Positions 10,663-21,232 of a stretch of DNA of 64,000 nt are shown one piece after another (positions within the stretch are counted from its first letter, which is position 1; the number at the start of each line of letters is the position of its first letter). The stretch is from Rebecca billardiae RCC1528 (lineage: Eukaryota; Protista; Haptophyta). The translations under genes and the position numbers were made by a program. The stretch lies in assembly GCA_965240325.2 (NCBI GenBank), contig OZ251226.1, forward strand, positions 3,224,001 to 3,288,000, written 5' to 3'. The notes beneath the pieces were generated by a model, which was not told where the DNA came from, did not search any database, and saw only the letters and a list, made by a program, of their open reading frames with translations.

Positions 10663-11991
10663 CTAAGACTCGACGTCGCTGCCAAAGTGTGCCCAGCTAG
10701 CCCTTGCGCCGGCTGCCTCGTGGGCGCCCAGCGTCCCGGGCAAGGCCCTCTTCGCAAGCAGCCCGTCGCCTTCGCACAGACGCGGCGCGTCTGCCGGCGC
10801 GGCCAGGAAGGCGCGGTGCAGCTCGCGCACCACGGCGAAGTGCTTTGCCGTGATGTCGTGAGCCGAGCCGGCCAGCACCGCCGCGAATCCGGCGGGCACG
10901 GCGGCCTCGACCAGCGCGCGGTGCGGCGAGCCTGTGAGCTCCACCGCGCGCTCTGCCCCCTCGTCGCCCGCCAGCGCCGCATCCACGAGCGCGCCGCGCA
11001 GCGCAGCGGCCACCGAGCCGTGGCCCCCAAAGAACTGGTCCTCCGAGCCCATCACCGCAAGCGTGGGCGTGGCGGGTACCGCGAGCCGGGCGCACGCGCA
11101 CGCGTGGAAGTAGTTGCGCTCCAGCGGCCAGCCGGTGATCGCCAGCGAGGCCACGCGCACCGGCGGCACGCACGCGTCGTGCGGCAGCCGCGCGAGCGCC
11201 ATCGCGCCCTCCGAGTGGCCTGCAAGGTGGAGCGGCGCGCTGCCGGCGCGCACGCACTCGGGCAGCGTGCGCAGCGCGTGGCCGAGCTCGCTCGCGCGCA
11301 GCTTGGCGACCTCCTCGTACATCGCGCGGTAGCGCTCCGGGGCGCGGCGCACGGCGTCCGCGTCGGACGAGTACACCAGCCGCCCGACCGCCTCCGAGCC
11401 GTGCGGGTACAGGCCTGTGGAGGCAGAGTGCGGCAGCAGGGGCGGCGATGAAGGCAGCGCCGCGGCCGGATCCTCCCTCACGGGGGCCATGCGCCGGACG
11501 CGGCCGCCAGCGTAGGTGTCCGGCGCGATGACGACGTAGCCCTGATCCGCGAGCGCACGGCAGATGCGCACGCTCGCGCCGCCCAGTCCGCCCGAGCCGT
11601 GCGCGTACAGCACCCAGCCCTCGAAGGACGCGCTCGCCCACTGCGCGCCCGCGTATGCGTCGAGGAGCTCGGCGAGGGAGGGCGACGGGCGTTGCGCGCC
11701 CATCAGCTGGTTGATGAGCTCTGGGGCGCGGCCAAACCAGCACCCGCCCTTCCCGGCAGCGTCGTCCGTAGTGTTGGCTGGCAGGCCGTCGGTCGCGTCA
11801 ACGAGCGCTTTGGGCAGCACGAGCAGCGCGTGCTCCAGCGCGGCGCCGTACGCTCGCGCCTCGGCCGCGGACGGCGCGCGGCTGACGAAGGCACGGATTG
11901 TTGGGCAGTGGCATGGCACGAGACGCACGGCCCACGGCACTTCGTCGTCTGCGTCGCTCCTTGGCGGGGTGTGACGCCCCCTCGCGGCCAT
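10663..11991 (-). CDS. Alpha/beta hydrolase (dienelactone hydrolase-like)
   Basis: WVLYAHGSGG, GYVVIAPD, nucleophile elbow GHSEG, GSEDQFF (acid), SAHD (His). Likely start ATG 11991; the longer ORF is antisense to the SET gene. Confidence 0.85.
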   Translation of the reverse strand: MAARGRHTPPRSDADDEVPWAVRLVPCHCPTIRAFVSRAPSAAEARAYGAALEHALLVLPKALVDATDGLPANTTDDAAGKGGCWFGRAPELINQLMGAQRPSPSLAELLDAYAGAQWASASFEGWVLYAHGSGGLGGASVRICRALADQGYVVIAPDTYAGGRVRRMAPVREDPAAALPSSPPLLPHSASTGLYPHGSEAVGRLVYSSDADAVRRAPERYRAMYEEVAKLRASELGHALRTLPECVRAGSAPLHLAGHSEGAMALARLPHDACVPPVRVASLAITGWPLERNYFHACACARLAVPATPTLAVMGSEDQFFGGHGSVAAALRGALVDAALAGDEGAERAVELTGSPHRALVEAAVPAGFAAVLAGSAHDITAKHFAVVRELHRAFLAAPADAPRLCEGDGLLAKRALPGTLGAHEAAGARASWAHFGSDVES

Positions 11992-12076
11992 TCTGCCTCG
12001 AGACGACCAGCTTGGTGAGCAGCGTCGAGACCTGAGCAAGGCGACAACGAGTTCGCCGCGGTTCCGTTGCGGAAGC

Positions 12077-13990
12077 ATGGCTGCCACGTCGTCAAGCGCG
12101 CCGGGCAAACCTGAGTCAGCCGATGACGCGCTCGTGATTGAGCTCGACGACCTCGTGGCCGCCGACGAGAAGCGTGTCCTGTTTGATCGTCTCGCCCTCA
12201 GCCTCTGCCACCCGCTCGAGTCCCTCGCCGCCTCCTGCGCGGAGACGCGCACCATTCCGCGCGAGCTCGCCGACGCGCTCATCCTCGCCGCACTGACGGA
12301 GGCGCAGGTGTACGTGCTTCGTGCGCGCGTGGCGACGGCGGGTGCAGACGCGAGCGTCGACGCGCTGCGTGCGCTGCTGCCGACCGGCATGCACAGCCAG
12401 CGCGCTGTGCTCATGCAGCTGCGCGCGCTGCTCTCGCGCTCGCCCGGCTCGGCGCATGCTGACGCGCTGCGCGCGGCGTGGGCCGCACGCGCGGCGGACT
12501 TCTTCCGGCCGCCCACCGTCGCGCCGCATGCCGACACGCACGCAGACGCGCTCGCGCGCTTCGTCGACGCGCATCTGTCCGCGCACCCGCCTGCCGTCCG
12601 TCTGGCGACATTTGGGGACACTGGGCGCGGGCTGGCGAGCGCGGCGCCGCTGCAGCCGGGCGACACGGCGCTGGCTGTGCCGCTCACGCTGGTGCTCTCG
12701 GCGGCTCGGCTGCGGCACGAGGCGGCGGGCATGCCGCTCGCGGCGCGCCTCGACGGCGTCGACGACGACACGACCCTCGCCCTCGCCCTGCTGCGCGCGC
12801 GCGCCACAGCGGGCTCTGCGTGGGCCGCGTACGGCGCTGAGCTGCTGCCGCGCGCCGGTGAGACTGGCCACTGCACGGAGTGGGCGCCGCGCCACCTGGC
12901 GGCGCTGCAGGGCTCGGCGGTGGGCGCTGAGGCGGAGGGTGCGATGGAGGCACTGCGCGCGCAGTACGCCGCGCTCTTCCCCGCGCTCGACGCCCACCTG
13001 TACGCCGACGCAACGGCCGGCGGCTCTGCGGCCGATGGCGCGGCCGCAGGTGTCGCCCACGGCCCGCCCACAGGCTGGGGCGACTTCGTCTGGGCCGCCG
13101 CCATCGTGGCGACGCGCGCGTTGCTCGTCGACCTCAGCGCCGCGCCGGGGTACGGCCCGCTGGCCGCGGCGTCGGGCAAGGTGGGCGTGCTCGTGCCCGT
13201 CGCGGACATGCTCAACCACCACGCGCGCGCGCCGCTCGCCTCCGCGCGCTATGAGCCCAGCGCGGCGCGTGCGGTGCCGGGCGGCGCACTTGTCTTCGAG
13301 GCGGTTGCGCCTGTGCCAGCGGGGGCGCAGCTGCGCCTGTACTACGGCCAGCTGCAGGGCTGGGAGACGCTGCTGCAGTACGGCTTCGTCCCCAGCGCGC
13401 CCCCCGCGGATGACGCCGGGGCTCATCCCCGGGGCGCAGGAGTCGCTGCGGAAGCGGAAGCGGAGGCGGAGGCGGAGGCGGACACGGTCCGCTTCGTGCT
13501 CGAGCCGCCGGACGAGGAGGACGACTCGGTTGCGCTGCAGAAGGCTGTGCTCCTCGCGGCGCACGCGCCCGCGCCCTGTCACCACCTGCACGCATGCTGC
13601 CCGCTCCCGCCGCAGCTGCTGTGCGCGACGCGCATCGCCCTGCTCGACCGCGCGCGGCTGCAGGCATGCGCGCGCTCGGCGGTCGATCTCGAGGTCGAGG
13701 GCGCGGACGCCGAGCACGAGGCGAGCGTGTGGCAGGCGCTTGCGCACGTGCTCGGCCAGATGCGTGCCGCCATGCCGGGCACCATCACAGAGGACGAGCA
13801 GCTTCTGCGCGCAGCCGGCACTCAGGGCGCTGGTCCGAGCGCGGACGGCCCGCTGCTGAGCATCGTCGCGTGGCGTGTGCAGCAGAAGCGTGTGCTGCAG
13901 AGGGCGGTCGAGCTGGCCGAAGCACGCAGCGACGCGCTCGCCGAGCAGAGCGACGGAGCTGCGCAGCTTGCCGACGGGGCAAGCGAATGA
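12077..13990 (+). CDS. SET-domain lysine methyltransferase (Rubisco LSMT/SETD3-like)
   Basis: GRGLAS, LVPVADMLNHH, LRLYYG...LLQYGF, and a C-terminal substrate-binding region (TITEDEQLL...WRVQQKRVL). Confidence 0.9.
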   Translation: MAATSSSAPGKPESADDALVIELDDLVAADEKRVLFDRLALSLCHPLESLAASCAETRTIPRELADALILAALTEAQVYVLRARVATAGADASVDALRALLPTGMHSQRAVLMQLRALLSRSPGSAHADALRAAWAARAADFFRPPTVAPHADTHADALARFVDAHLSAHPPAVRLATFGDTGRGLASAAPLQPGDTALAVPLTLVLSAARLRHEAAGMPLAARLDGVDDDTTLALALLRARATAGSAWAAYGAELLPRAGETGHCTEWAPRHLAALQGSAVGAEAEGAMEALRAQYAALFPALDAHLYADATAGGSAADGAAAGVAHGPPTGWGDFVWAAAIVATRALLVDLSAAPGYGPLAAASGKVGVLVPVADMLNHHARAPLASARYEPSAARAVPGGALVFEAVAPVPAGAQLRLYYGQLQGWETLLQYGFVPSAPPADDAGAHPRGAGVAAEAEAEAEAEADTVRFVLEPPDEEDDSVALQKAVLLAAHAPAPCHHLHACCPLPPQLLCATRIALLDRARLQACARSAVDLEVEGADAEHEASVWQALAHVLGQMRAAMPGTITEDEQLLRAAGTQGAGPSADGPLLSIVAWRVQQKRVLQRAVELAEARSDALAEQSDGAAQLADGASE

Positions 13991-14587
13991 TATCATCAGC
14001 GTGAACAGCGGTTGTGACGCGCCACCGCCTGCCGCGTCTGCCCGACAGCCGGTTGGGCCGGTCGCTTGACGCTCGGAGTCGTCAGTCAGTCCTTCTGTCC
14101 GCGTGTGAGTGTAGTGATGAGACTGCTGGCGCGCTTGACTCTCAAGTCTCATGACTCATCATCAAGACGCGCTGCGCGTTGAATCCGACGACTACTATAC
14201 TAGCAGTAGTCAGCAGCTGCGCGCTGCTGTCACCGCGTTGTCAGTCAGCAGTGCTGACTACATCAATCTGGACGCCCGTGTAACTCATCATGACGGTAGT
14301 TATTACATGACGAGCGTAATAATAATAATATTAGTAATAATATCATGATGATGACGAAAGTCCGAGCTAGAATCTGAACTGCGCCAACTGCTGCCCCCGT
14401 GCCGGCCGTGCCCGGGTGACCGGCCATAGTATATTATTCAGATATATCAAGTCAGCGAGTAGCTAGCCGCGTGACGAGCTGCTGTAACCACGTGTGAGGC
14501 TGCGCGGGCGGGCGGGGCAGCTGCAAGCCAGCACATTGTCGCGCCGTACATCGTCGCCACCGTCACGCATTGCGCGTAAAGGTCTCA

Positions 14588-16837
14588 TCAGCCCACAGCC
14601 TTGCGATTCAGGATGCCACGTGCAAAAGACGAGTCGCGAGTGATGCGCGGCTCAGGCAGCTGCGGCTGCTCTGGTACGAGCGAGCGCTTGACCAGGCTGG
14701 GCTGGTGGCGCAAAATCCTGTGCGAGCTGAACGAGCCCGAGTTCGACGAGTCGTCCTCGGGCACGGGCTTGGCGTCCGGCTCGCCCAGCTCCGCCTCCAA
14801 CGTCATCCACGCCAGCCGGGTGGCCGTCGACGGCGGCTCGCGCGAATTGCGGCGCGCGGCGGCGGCGGCGCCCGGCGACGGGTGGCCGCCCGCGGCGGCG
14901 TGGAGCTCGACGGCGTGCTCGTCCTCCGGGTCGAACGCCGGCTGCCCCACGCGGCGCAGCAGCGCGATCTTGGTCTCGATGGGCGCGCCGTGCACGATCC
15001 ATTGCGCGTGCTTGCACTGCGCGCGCATCGCGCTCAGCTCGGCCACGCGCGCGGCCTCGGCGCTGGCCACGTCGCGCTGCTTGTCGAGCGTGCGCATCAT
15101 GGCGTCGACGCGGCCGACGAGGCCGGGCACCTCCTGGAGCAGCAGCCCGTACCCCGTCGACGGGCACGCGAGCACCCACGCGCGCGTCTCGGCCGCGTAC
15201 GTCGCGCCCATGCGCGCGCGCGCGTCGTCGCCCGATGTGAGCCAGTGCGCCAGCCCCTCGAGTGAGCAGTGCATGCACGCGGAGTCGCTCGCGGCGTCGA
15301 GGAAGATGGGCGCGGAGGGCTCGGTGAGGGGCTGCGCGCCGAGCCGGCCGATGCTGCCGCCGCTGCTGCTGCCGCGCTTCAGCGCGGCGCCCCGCCTCCT
15401 CCCCGCGCCGCCCGCGCCGCCGCGCGCCTCCTCCCCTCCCGTCCACGAGCGCACCGAGCCCTGCACGAGCGTGAGCAGATGCGGCACCTCCTCGCCCTCG
15501 CGCGTGAGCAGCTCGCCGGGCTCGAGGCAGCGCAGGCGCATCTGCGACGTGAGCGCGGTGAGCGACGCCGGGGGCAGGTCGGCGAACAGGTTCGGCCCGC
15601 GCAGCCGCTGCAGCAGCTGCGTGTTGGCCATCGCGGTCGCGCGCTTGACGACGGCCTCGGGCAGCGAGCGCGGCTGCAGCATCAGCAGCGTCACCGGCCC
15701 GGCCTGGACGAGGGCGGTCTCGAAGCGCAGCCGCACGTCGGCGTCGCGCGCGCAGCCCTCCGCGCCGAACGCCACGGCGGCCGCGGGCTCGGCCTTCTTC
15801 TTCGGCGGCGTCGCGGCCCGGTTGCCGTCGGCTCCCTCGTCGTCGCTCGTGTCCGCGCCGCCAGGCTCTGCGCTCCTGTCGTGTGCGTCCGTGCGTTTCT
15901 TGCGCGGGCGCGAGAGCATGTGCACGCCGTGCGTCGAGCCGTCGGCCGCCTTCTTGATCGCCGCGGCGGCGCGCTCGGCCGCGTCCGTCGCCATCCCGCC
16001 CAGCTCGACCACGCCCGTCCCGCCCGCCTCCGACAGCCACACGTACACGGGCTGGCCCTTGGCGGGCGCGCCGCGCCGGTACACCATGTGGTACCGCGGC
16101 GCGGTGCGCACGCTCGAGCGCGCGATCAGCACGTCGAGCGCGCGCTCGTCGACGCCGGCGAAGAGCTCGGTGCGTCTGAGCGCCTCGCGCACGCGCATCG
16201 GCGCGAGCGGCCCCGCGTCCGGCGCGTCGAGCAGCGCCGCCTCCTCCGGCTCGTCGTCCGTGTACAGGTGCGGCCGCGGCGTGTCCTGCGGCACGTCCGC
16301 CTCGTCCAGGCCGTACAGGTCGCAGAGGCGCGCGGTGTGCTCGGCGTGGTGCCGGATGGGGACGACGGGCACGCGCTCGCGCGTGCGGCTCGCGCGCACA
16401 GGCTCGCCCGTCGCCGCGTCGATCGGCAGCTCGGCCGGCGCGGTGGTCGGTCGGCGTCGGCTTGGGCTGCCGCCGACGGGCGTGGTCACACGCTGCGCGC
16501 GCGAGGGCACGGGCCGGCGGCCGCTCGCCTGGCCGTGGGCGATGATGTCGGGCGCACTCGTCCGAACCCGCCCGGCCGAGCGCGGCCGCGCAGGCCGGCG
16601 CGGCGGCGACGGCCGCACGATGCGGAAGCGGCCAGGCACGGTGCGCGAGACGCCCTCGCCGCGCGGCGCAAACGACGACGGGCGCAGCGCGAGCGGGCCG
16701 TCGAGCAAATCGGCGAAGATGTCCGCGCCAGGCTCACCCGCGAGCGCACCTACGCCGCCCTCGCGTGCCAGAAGCACGCCCGACGCCGACGGGCGCGCGC
16801 CCGCCGTCTGCGGCCTGGCGCGGCTGGCGCAGGCCAT
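14588..16837 (-). CDS. Protein with two cyclic-nucleotide-binding-like domains
   Basis: LRRTELFAGVDERAL...MVYRRG and NLFADLPPASL...LEPGELLTREGEEVPHLLTLVQGSV are CNB-type starts. Start codon uncertain (16837 or 16984). Confidence 0.7.
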   Translation of the reverse strand: MACASRARPQTAGARPSASGVLLAREGGVGALAGEPGADIFADLLDGPLALRPSSFAPRGEGVSRTVPGRFRIVRPSPPRRPARPRSAGRVRTSAPDIIAHGQASGRRPVPSRAQRVTTPVGGSPSRRRPTTAPAELPIDAATGEPVRASRTRERVPVVPIRHHAEHTARLCDLYGLDEADVPQDTPRPHLYTDDEPEEAALLDAPDAGPLAPMRVREALRRTELFAGVDERALDVLIARSSVRTAPRYHMVYRRGAPAKGQPVYVWLSEAGGTGVVELGGMATDAAERAAAAIKKAADGSTHGVHMLSRPRKKRTDAHDRSAEPGGADTSDDEGADGNRAATPPKKKAEPAAAVAFGAEGCARDADVRLRFETALVQAGPVTLLMLQPRSLPEAVVKRATAMANTQLLQRLRGPNLFADLPPASLTALTSQMRLRCLEPGELLTREGEEVPHLLTLVQGSVRSWTGGEEARGGAGGAGRRRGAALKRGSSSGGSIGRLGAQPLTEPSAPIFLDAASDSACMHCSLEGLAHWLTSGDDARARMGATYAAETRAWVLACPSTGYGLLLQEVPGLVGRVDAMMRTLDKQRDVASAEAARVAELSAMRAQCKHAQWIVHGAPIETKIALLRRVGQPAFDPEDEHAVELHAAAGGHPSPGAAAAARRNSREPPSTATRLAWMTLEAELGEPDAKPVPEDDSSNSGSFSSHRILRHQPSLVKRSLVPEQPQLPEPRITRDSSFARGILNRKAVG

Positions 16838-17729
16838 GCGTGCAGCAGCCGGGCGAGGCGGCCTTACTGTAGTGCTTTCGCGATTCGGCGCGATGTCAGA
16901 GCGGAAAGTGGAAACGACATCCCTCCGACCGAGTAACGACTTTTGGATCCGCTCCTTGCCGCACGCCACTCCGGCTCGTTGCATCGCCAACTCCTCTATC
17001 GGAATCGTCGACGAGAACGACGTCGACGACCCTGGTTGGTCAGCAGTGCCGCCAGGTTCACCGCGGCGGTGCAAGCCCAATAATCCCGTTGACCGAAACT
17101 TCGGAAACCAGCGAGTGAGTGCAGCGCGTACGTCTCTGATGAGTAGCGGACTGAGCCCGAGGGCGTCAGCTGAATCAGCTGATGACCTACTGTTAGCCGT
17201 CTCACTTGCAGTTACAGTACCTGCGCGCCCGGACTCAGAAGAGGCCAGACGGGCGACTACGCCGACCGGGCCGCTCCGCCGCAGTGTCACTGCGCCCGGG
17301 CATAGTAATCAGATGATACGGTAAGATAGTTATTCAGACATATGAGTCTGCGCGCACATTAGGTTATGGCCCGCGGTGTAGGGCGGAGCGCGTAGCGTGG
17401 AGCCCCGCCGGGGGCCCTCACTACGTTGTCAAAAAGATCTTTTGATCAAAGAAAAGGGGACGGGGGACGATTTTGAGGGGTGTTGGAGGGTGAGTTTTCG
17501 CTTTTTCGAGGGGTACGTTGGCCCATAGTGCTCTGCATTAGCAACTACGCGCTTGACGAAATAAGCGCGCCCACGCCATTCCGCATAAGTCGATGGACGG
17601 ACGTGGGATCAGATACCCCGGGGGTGAAACAAGTGAGTATTTTTGTCATTCTTGTATGCTGGAGTACGAGTTTGCCGAGCGACGTTTGATTGTTTTGGGT
17701 CGAAAACAGCTATGAGGCCAGATGCTTCT

Positions 17730-17935
17730 GAATAGCGCTTTGTTTAAACACCTACCCGCCTGTCTCGATGGATGAACCGCCCTATAATATTAAAAGAGAT
17801 TCTTTTGAATAGCGCTTGTTCAACCACATTACCCGCCTGCCTCGATGGATGAACCGCCTGTGCACTAACATTAAACGAGATTCTTTGAATGGCGCCTATG
17901 GCGGCTTGTTAAAACGTAACAAGTTACCCGCCTAC
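17730..17935. repeat. ~78-bp tandem repeat, about 2.5 diverged copies
   Basis: GAATAGCGCTT...TACCCGCCTG..TCGATGGATGAACCGCC...GAGATTCTTT units start at 17730, 17807 and 17887. Confidence 0.85.
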
Positions 17936-18465
17936 AAACCGGGCCTAAGCGCAACCTTTTGAAAGTGCATGTTGATGTGCATGGTCAGGGTCCTCCTCAA
18001 CTACTGCATGTCGGCGTACTGCGTGCGCGCGCGGCGCGCTGTTATTTACCGATGCATCACTTGGTGCTGGAAACATAGGCCATACACGGGCACTTGGAAG
18101 TGATCAAGTTTTGCTACCTATTCGCAATAAGTTGGATACTGGGAGCCGCCAGGCGCGCGCGGAGCGCCCTACGCTCACTTATTCGACCGAGCACGGACGG
18201 CCCTCGACTCTCGAGCTGCTCGCTCGCTCGTTCGCGTTCGCTTCGTCGCTGCGGCGCCCTGACCGGGGACGTGCGTGTCGGCGCCGCGTACGCCGCGGTG
18301 CGCGCGCGGTGGCGGGAGCCGGCCGGCCGCTGGTCTCCCCCTCGCGCTCTGCTCTCGCCCTCGCGCTCCGCTCCGGCTCTCCCCGAGGCGTCGCGCGCGT
18401 CTCGCTCGGTCCGGTCCGTCGCCAGGCCGTGCCGACGGCGCGCCCACAGCGCCCCGCTGCAAAGC

Positions 18466-19680
18466 ATGCGCGACGAGATCGCGGCGGCGGGGGCGGCGAG
18501 ATCGCGGCGGAGGCGGCGGGCAACAGCCTGCCCGCGGGCGTGTTCGTCGCTCGAGGAGGAGCGCGCAAGGGCGAGCCGAGTCCGGAGCACGCTCACGAGC
18601 TTGTCGCTCGGACGCTTCGAGGATGAGTGAGCGCGCCGAGCACGCAGCGGAGATGAGCCGGATGCGCCCGGAGTTCGCGCAGCTGAAGGGCGAGCTCGAG
18701 CACGCGAGCTCGCTCCTCGACGCCGAGCGCGAGCTCCTCCTCAACTCGGTCGACGGCGGCGCTGAGGTGCAGCAGCGTGAGGACGAGCAGCCAGCCAGTC
18801 CCGAACGCTCGCAAGACACTGCTGCACGCAAGCGGCGGCCACGTAGCGCGAGGAGCTGCGCTGGGAATGCGCCGCGCGCGTCGACGCGGCGATCACCGGG
18901 CTGCAGGCCTCGGCCGTCGACGCGTTGCGCACCCTCGCCGCCAGCCGCGACGAGTCCGCCGTCGAGCTGCAGCCGAGCTGCAGCCGAGCTGCGCGCGCAG
19001 ATGGGCGGCGTCACAGGCACACAGACACTGACAGACAGGCCGTGCATGCCAGCACGTGCGCGCGGAGGCGCTGTGCGCCGAGCTGGCGAAGCGCGACGCC
19101 GAGCGCGACGCGCTGCGCGACGTGGCGACGGACGCGCTGGGCGCGCGCGGCGCCCTCGTCGCGACGCCCCGTGCAGCAGCTCGAGCAGCCAGCTGTGCGG
19201 AGTAGACGGCCGTCGAGGCGATCGGCGCCGGTTCAGGAGCGCGCACAGGCTCCGAGCCTGCCGTTGGCTGGCCGCCGCCGTCTTCGAGGCCGCCGACGCG
19301 GCGGAGGAGGCGGCGGGCGAGCACGGCGGCGCGGTGGAGCAGGCGCGCACGCGCGGCGGCAGGCGCGACGCGCCGCTCGCCTCGTTCCACCCCGAGCTCC
19401 GCTCGCTCGGTCTCGGTGCGCGGCTGCGCAGCGGCAGGCCGGGGCAGCCGAGTGGCGCGCGCTCTCGCTCTGCCGGCACGAGGCGCGCCGGCTGAGCGAC
19501 CAGCGGCCCGTCGTCGAGCGCATGGCGCAGCGCGAGCACCTCAAGCAGGTGCGCCCGCACGCGCGCACGCGCCGGCCCGCGCCGCGCGGCGCCTCTCGCC
19601 CTGCGCGCGCGCGCCGCCCCAGCGGCCGCTTCCCCGCGCGCGGCCCGCGCGGCGACAGTCCTCAGGCGAACTGTTACACA
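18466..19680 (+). pseudogene. Frameshifted fragment of a coiled-coil protein gene inside element copy B
   Basis: Coding-like stretches in shifting frames (EFAQLKGELEHASSLLDAERELL; AAVFEAADAAEEAAGEH; RPVVERMAQREHLKQ) followed by a CAG|GTGCGC donor at ~19549. Confidence 0.5.
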
Positions 19681-20080
19681 TGTCAGACTGACAGTGACAG
19701 CCGACGGCCGACGGAGGGTGCACCGCGGGCCTCTAACTGCGTTGGTTCTACGGAAGGACCGCGGAACGCGGTCATATATCGTCTCTATAATAATGACGCA
19801 GCAGCGCCGGGAATAAGCGTGCCGGTCATTATGAATCGGCATCATCAACTTTGTGATTCGCCATAACTATTATTATTAACTGTGATGAGACGAACGAGTC
19901 AGTCCGCTCCGCGCGAGAGTTTAATTAGTACCGTACGGACCGTACGGGCACATGAGTGGTACGGCCATGCGAGCACGGCCGCGCGTCACTCACAGTCACG
20001 ATGATGCGGTCTCCGGACCGTCAGGCTTCAGTCGCACAACATTGGCGGCAACGCGCGTCACTCACGGGCACCTGGCAGGC

Positions 20081-21031
20081 TCACTCCAAGTATGGCTCCG
20101 GCGTAGGCGACGGCTCCGGCGATGGACGGGAGCTGAAGAGAGAGGCGAAATCGTCCGGCGAAACGACGCCATCGTCCCCAGCGATCGCGGCGAACCTCTC
20201 GTCAGACATGCGCGGGTAGTCGGGCGGGAAGTACTGCTTGAACTCGTCCAGGTCCACAGCGCCGTCCGCGTTGGTGTCGAACGCCTCGAACGACGGGCCG
20301 TGGTGGTGGCCGCCGCCATCGCGTATTGTCCACATGGCCGCGAACTCCTCTGCGGAGAGCTGGCCGTCATCGCCGGCATATCCAGTGAAGACATCCTCCG
20401 GGGGCGCAGCATCGCCCATGACCTGCTTGAGCTCGTCCAGGCTAACGTACCCATCGGCGTTGCCGTCCATCAACTCGAACGGCGGTCCGCCAGAGCCTGA
20501 GCCCGCCGCTTCGAACATGGCGGCAAACTCGTCGCGAGAAAGCACGCCGTCGTCGCCCGCGTACACGGCGACGAAATCCTCTGGCGGCGCTTCGTCGGGG
20601 TAGTAGTACTGCTTGAGCTCGTGCATGTCCACCTCGCCGTCGCCATCGGCGTCGAACGCCTCGAATGGCGGGCCGTGGCCGCCAGCGCCGCCGCCGCCAC
20701 TGCCACTCGGGGGTGGCTCCGAGGCGAAGATTGCAGCAAGCTCTTCCTCGTCAAGCACGCCGTCATCGCCGGCAAAGAAGTCGAAGAAATCTCGCGGAGG
20801 GCTGCGACCCCCTGTGAAGGAGGAAAGCTCGTCCAGCGAGACTGTGCCATCACCGTCCGTGTCCAAGGCCTCGATCGGCGGTCCACTGGGCGCACCGCCG
20901 TGCGCCTGATGTTGTGGGGAGCTCGCACTTCCGGCCGTAACGGTGACTGCGGCGACCGTGAGAAGAGCCGCCAGCACAGCCACCGTCGCGCAAGCTCCGA
21001 GCACGTGCGTCTTCGAGATTGCCGTCAGCAT
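20081..21031 (-). CDS. Acidic multi-EF-hand protein with an N-terminal signal/anchor and four repeated modules
   Basis: Hydrophobic N-terminus VLGACATVAVLAALLTVAAVTVTAG. Four modules of type GP(P/S)FEAFDxDxDGxVxxxE...AGDDGVL. An upstream in-frame Met is possible. Confidence 0.85.
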   Translation of the reverse strand: MLTAISKTHVLGACATVAVLAALLTVAAVTVTAGSASSPQHQAHGGAPSGPPIEALDTDGDGTVSLDELSSFTGGRSPPRDFFDFFAGDDGVLDEEELAAIFASEPPPSGSGGGGAGGHGPPFEAFDADGDGEVDMHELKQYYYPDEAPPEDFVAVYAGDDGVLSRDEFAAMFEAAGSGSGGPPFELMDGNADGYVSLDELKQVMGDAAPPEDVFTGYAGDDGQLSAEEFAAMWTIRDGGGHHHGPSFEAFDTNADGAVDLDEFKQYFPPDYPRMSDERFAAIAGDDGVVSPDDFASLFSSRPSPEPSPTPEPYLE

Positions 21032-21232
21032 GTCCGCGTCTCCGCGAGCTCTTCTGGGGCGGCCGCCGGCGGGCGGCGGCGGGACTACGTACGGGATACT
21101 GTACGGTTGCATGCACATTGTATGTACGTACGCAGTAACGACGTGGCTATGTATTGTAACCACCCCCGGATCCCCCCGGGCGGCCAAGGCCAGATTGGCC
21201 TCGCCCCAGCCCCCCGCGCAGTGATCACGGCC

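Larger units (their letters stand above)
17364..19777 (+). mobile_element. Non-autonomous Helentron/Helitron2-like element, copy B (~2.4 kb) with captured gene fragments
   Basis: GGCCCGCGGTGTAG at 17368-17381; TGCACCGCGGGCC at 19719-19731; hairpin GACCGCG-GAA-CGCGGTC at 19757-19773 followed by ATAT. Confidence 0.68.

Noticed and set aside
11992-13215. N-terminal extension of the 850-aa minus ORF, suggesting overlapping genes
   Set aside because: It is antisense to the SET gene; hydrolase-like sequence starts only after ATG 11991.
14601-17324. 907-aa plus-strand ORF and similar long ORFs (12116-14152, 39600-42116, 49606-51078, 54868-56781, 58393-60528)
   Set aside because: Antisense or alternate-frame shadows of real genes, expected at this GC content; Ser/Arg/Ala-rich with no motifs.
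20621-21232. N-terminal 204 aa of the 1179-aa ORF
   Set aside because: Largely antisense to the multi-EF-hand gene; a clear signal peptide starts at 21233.
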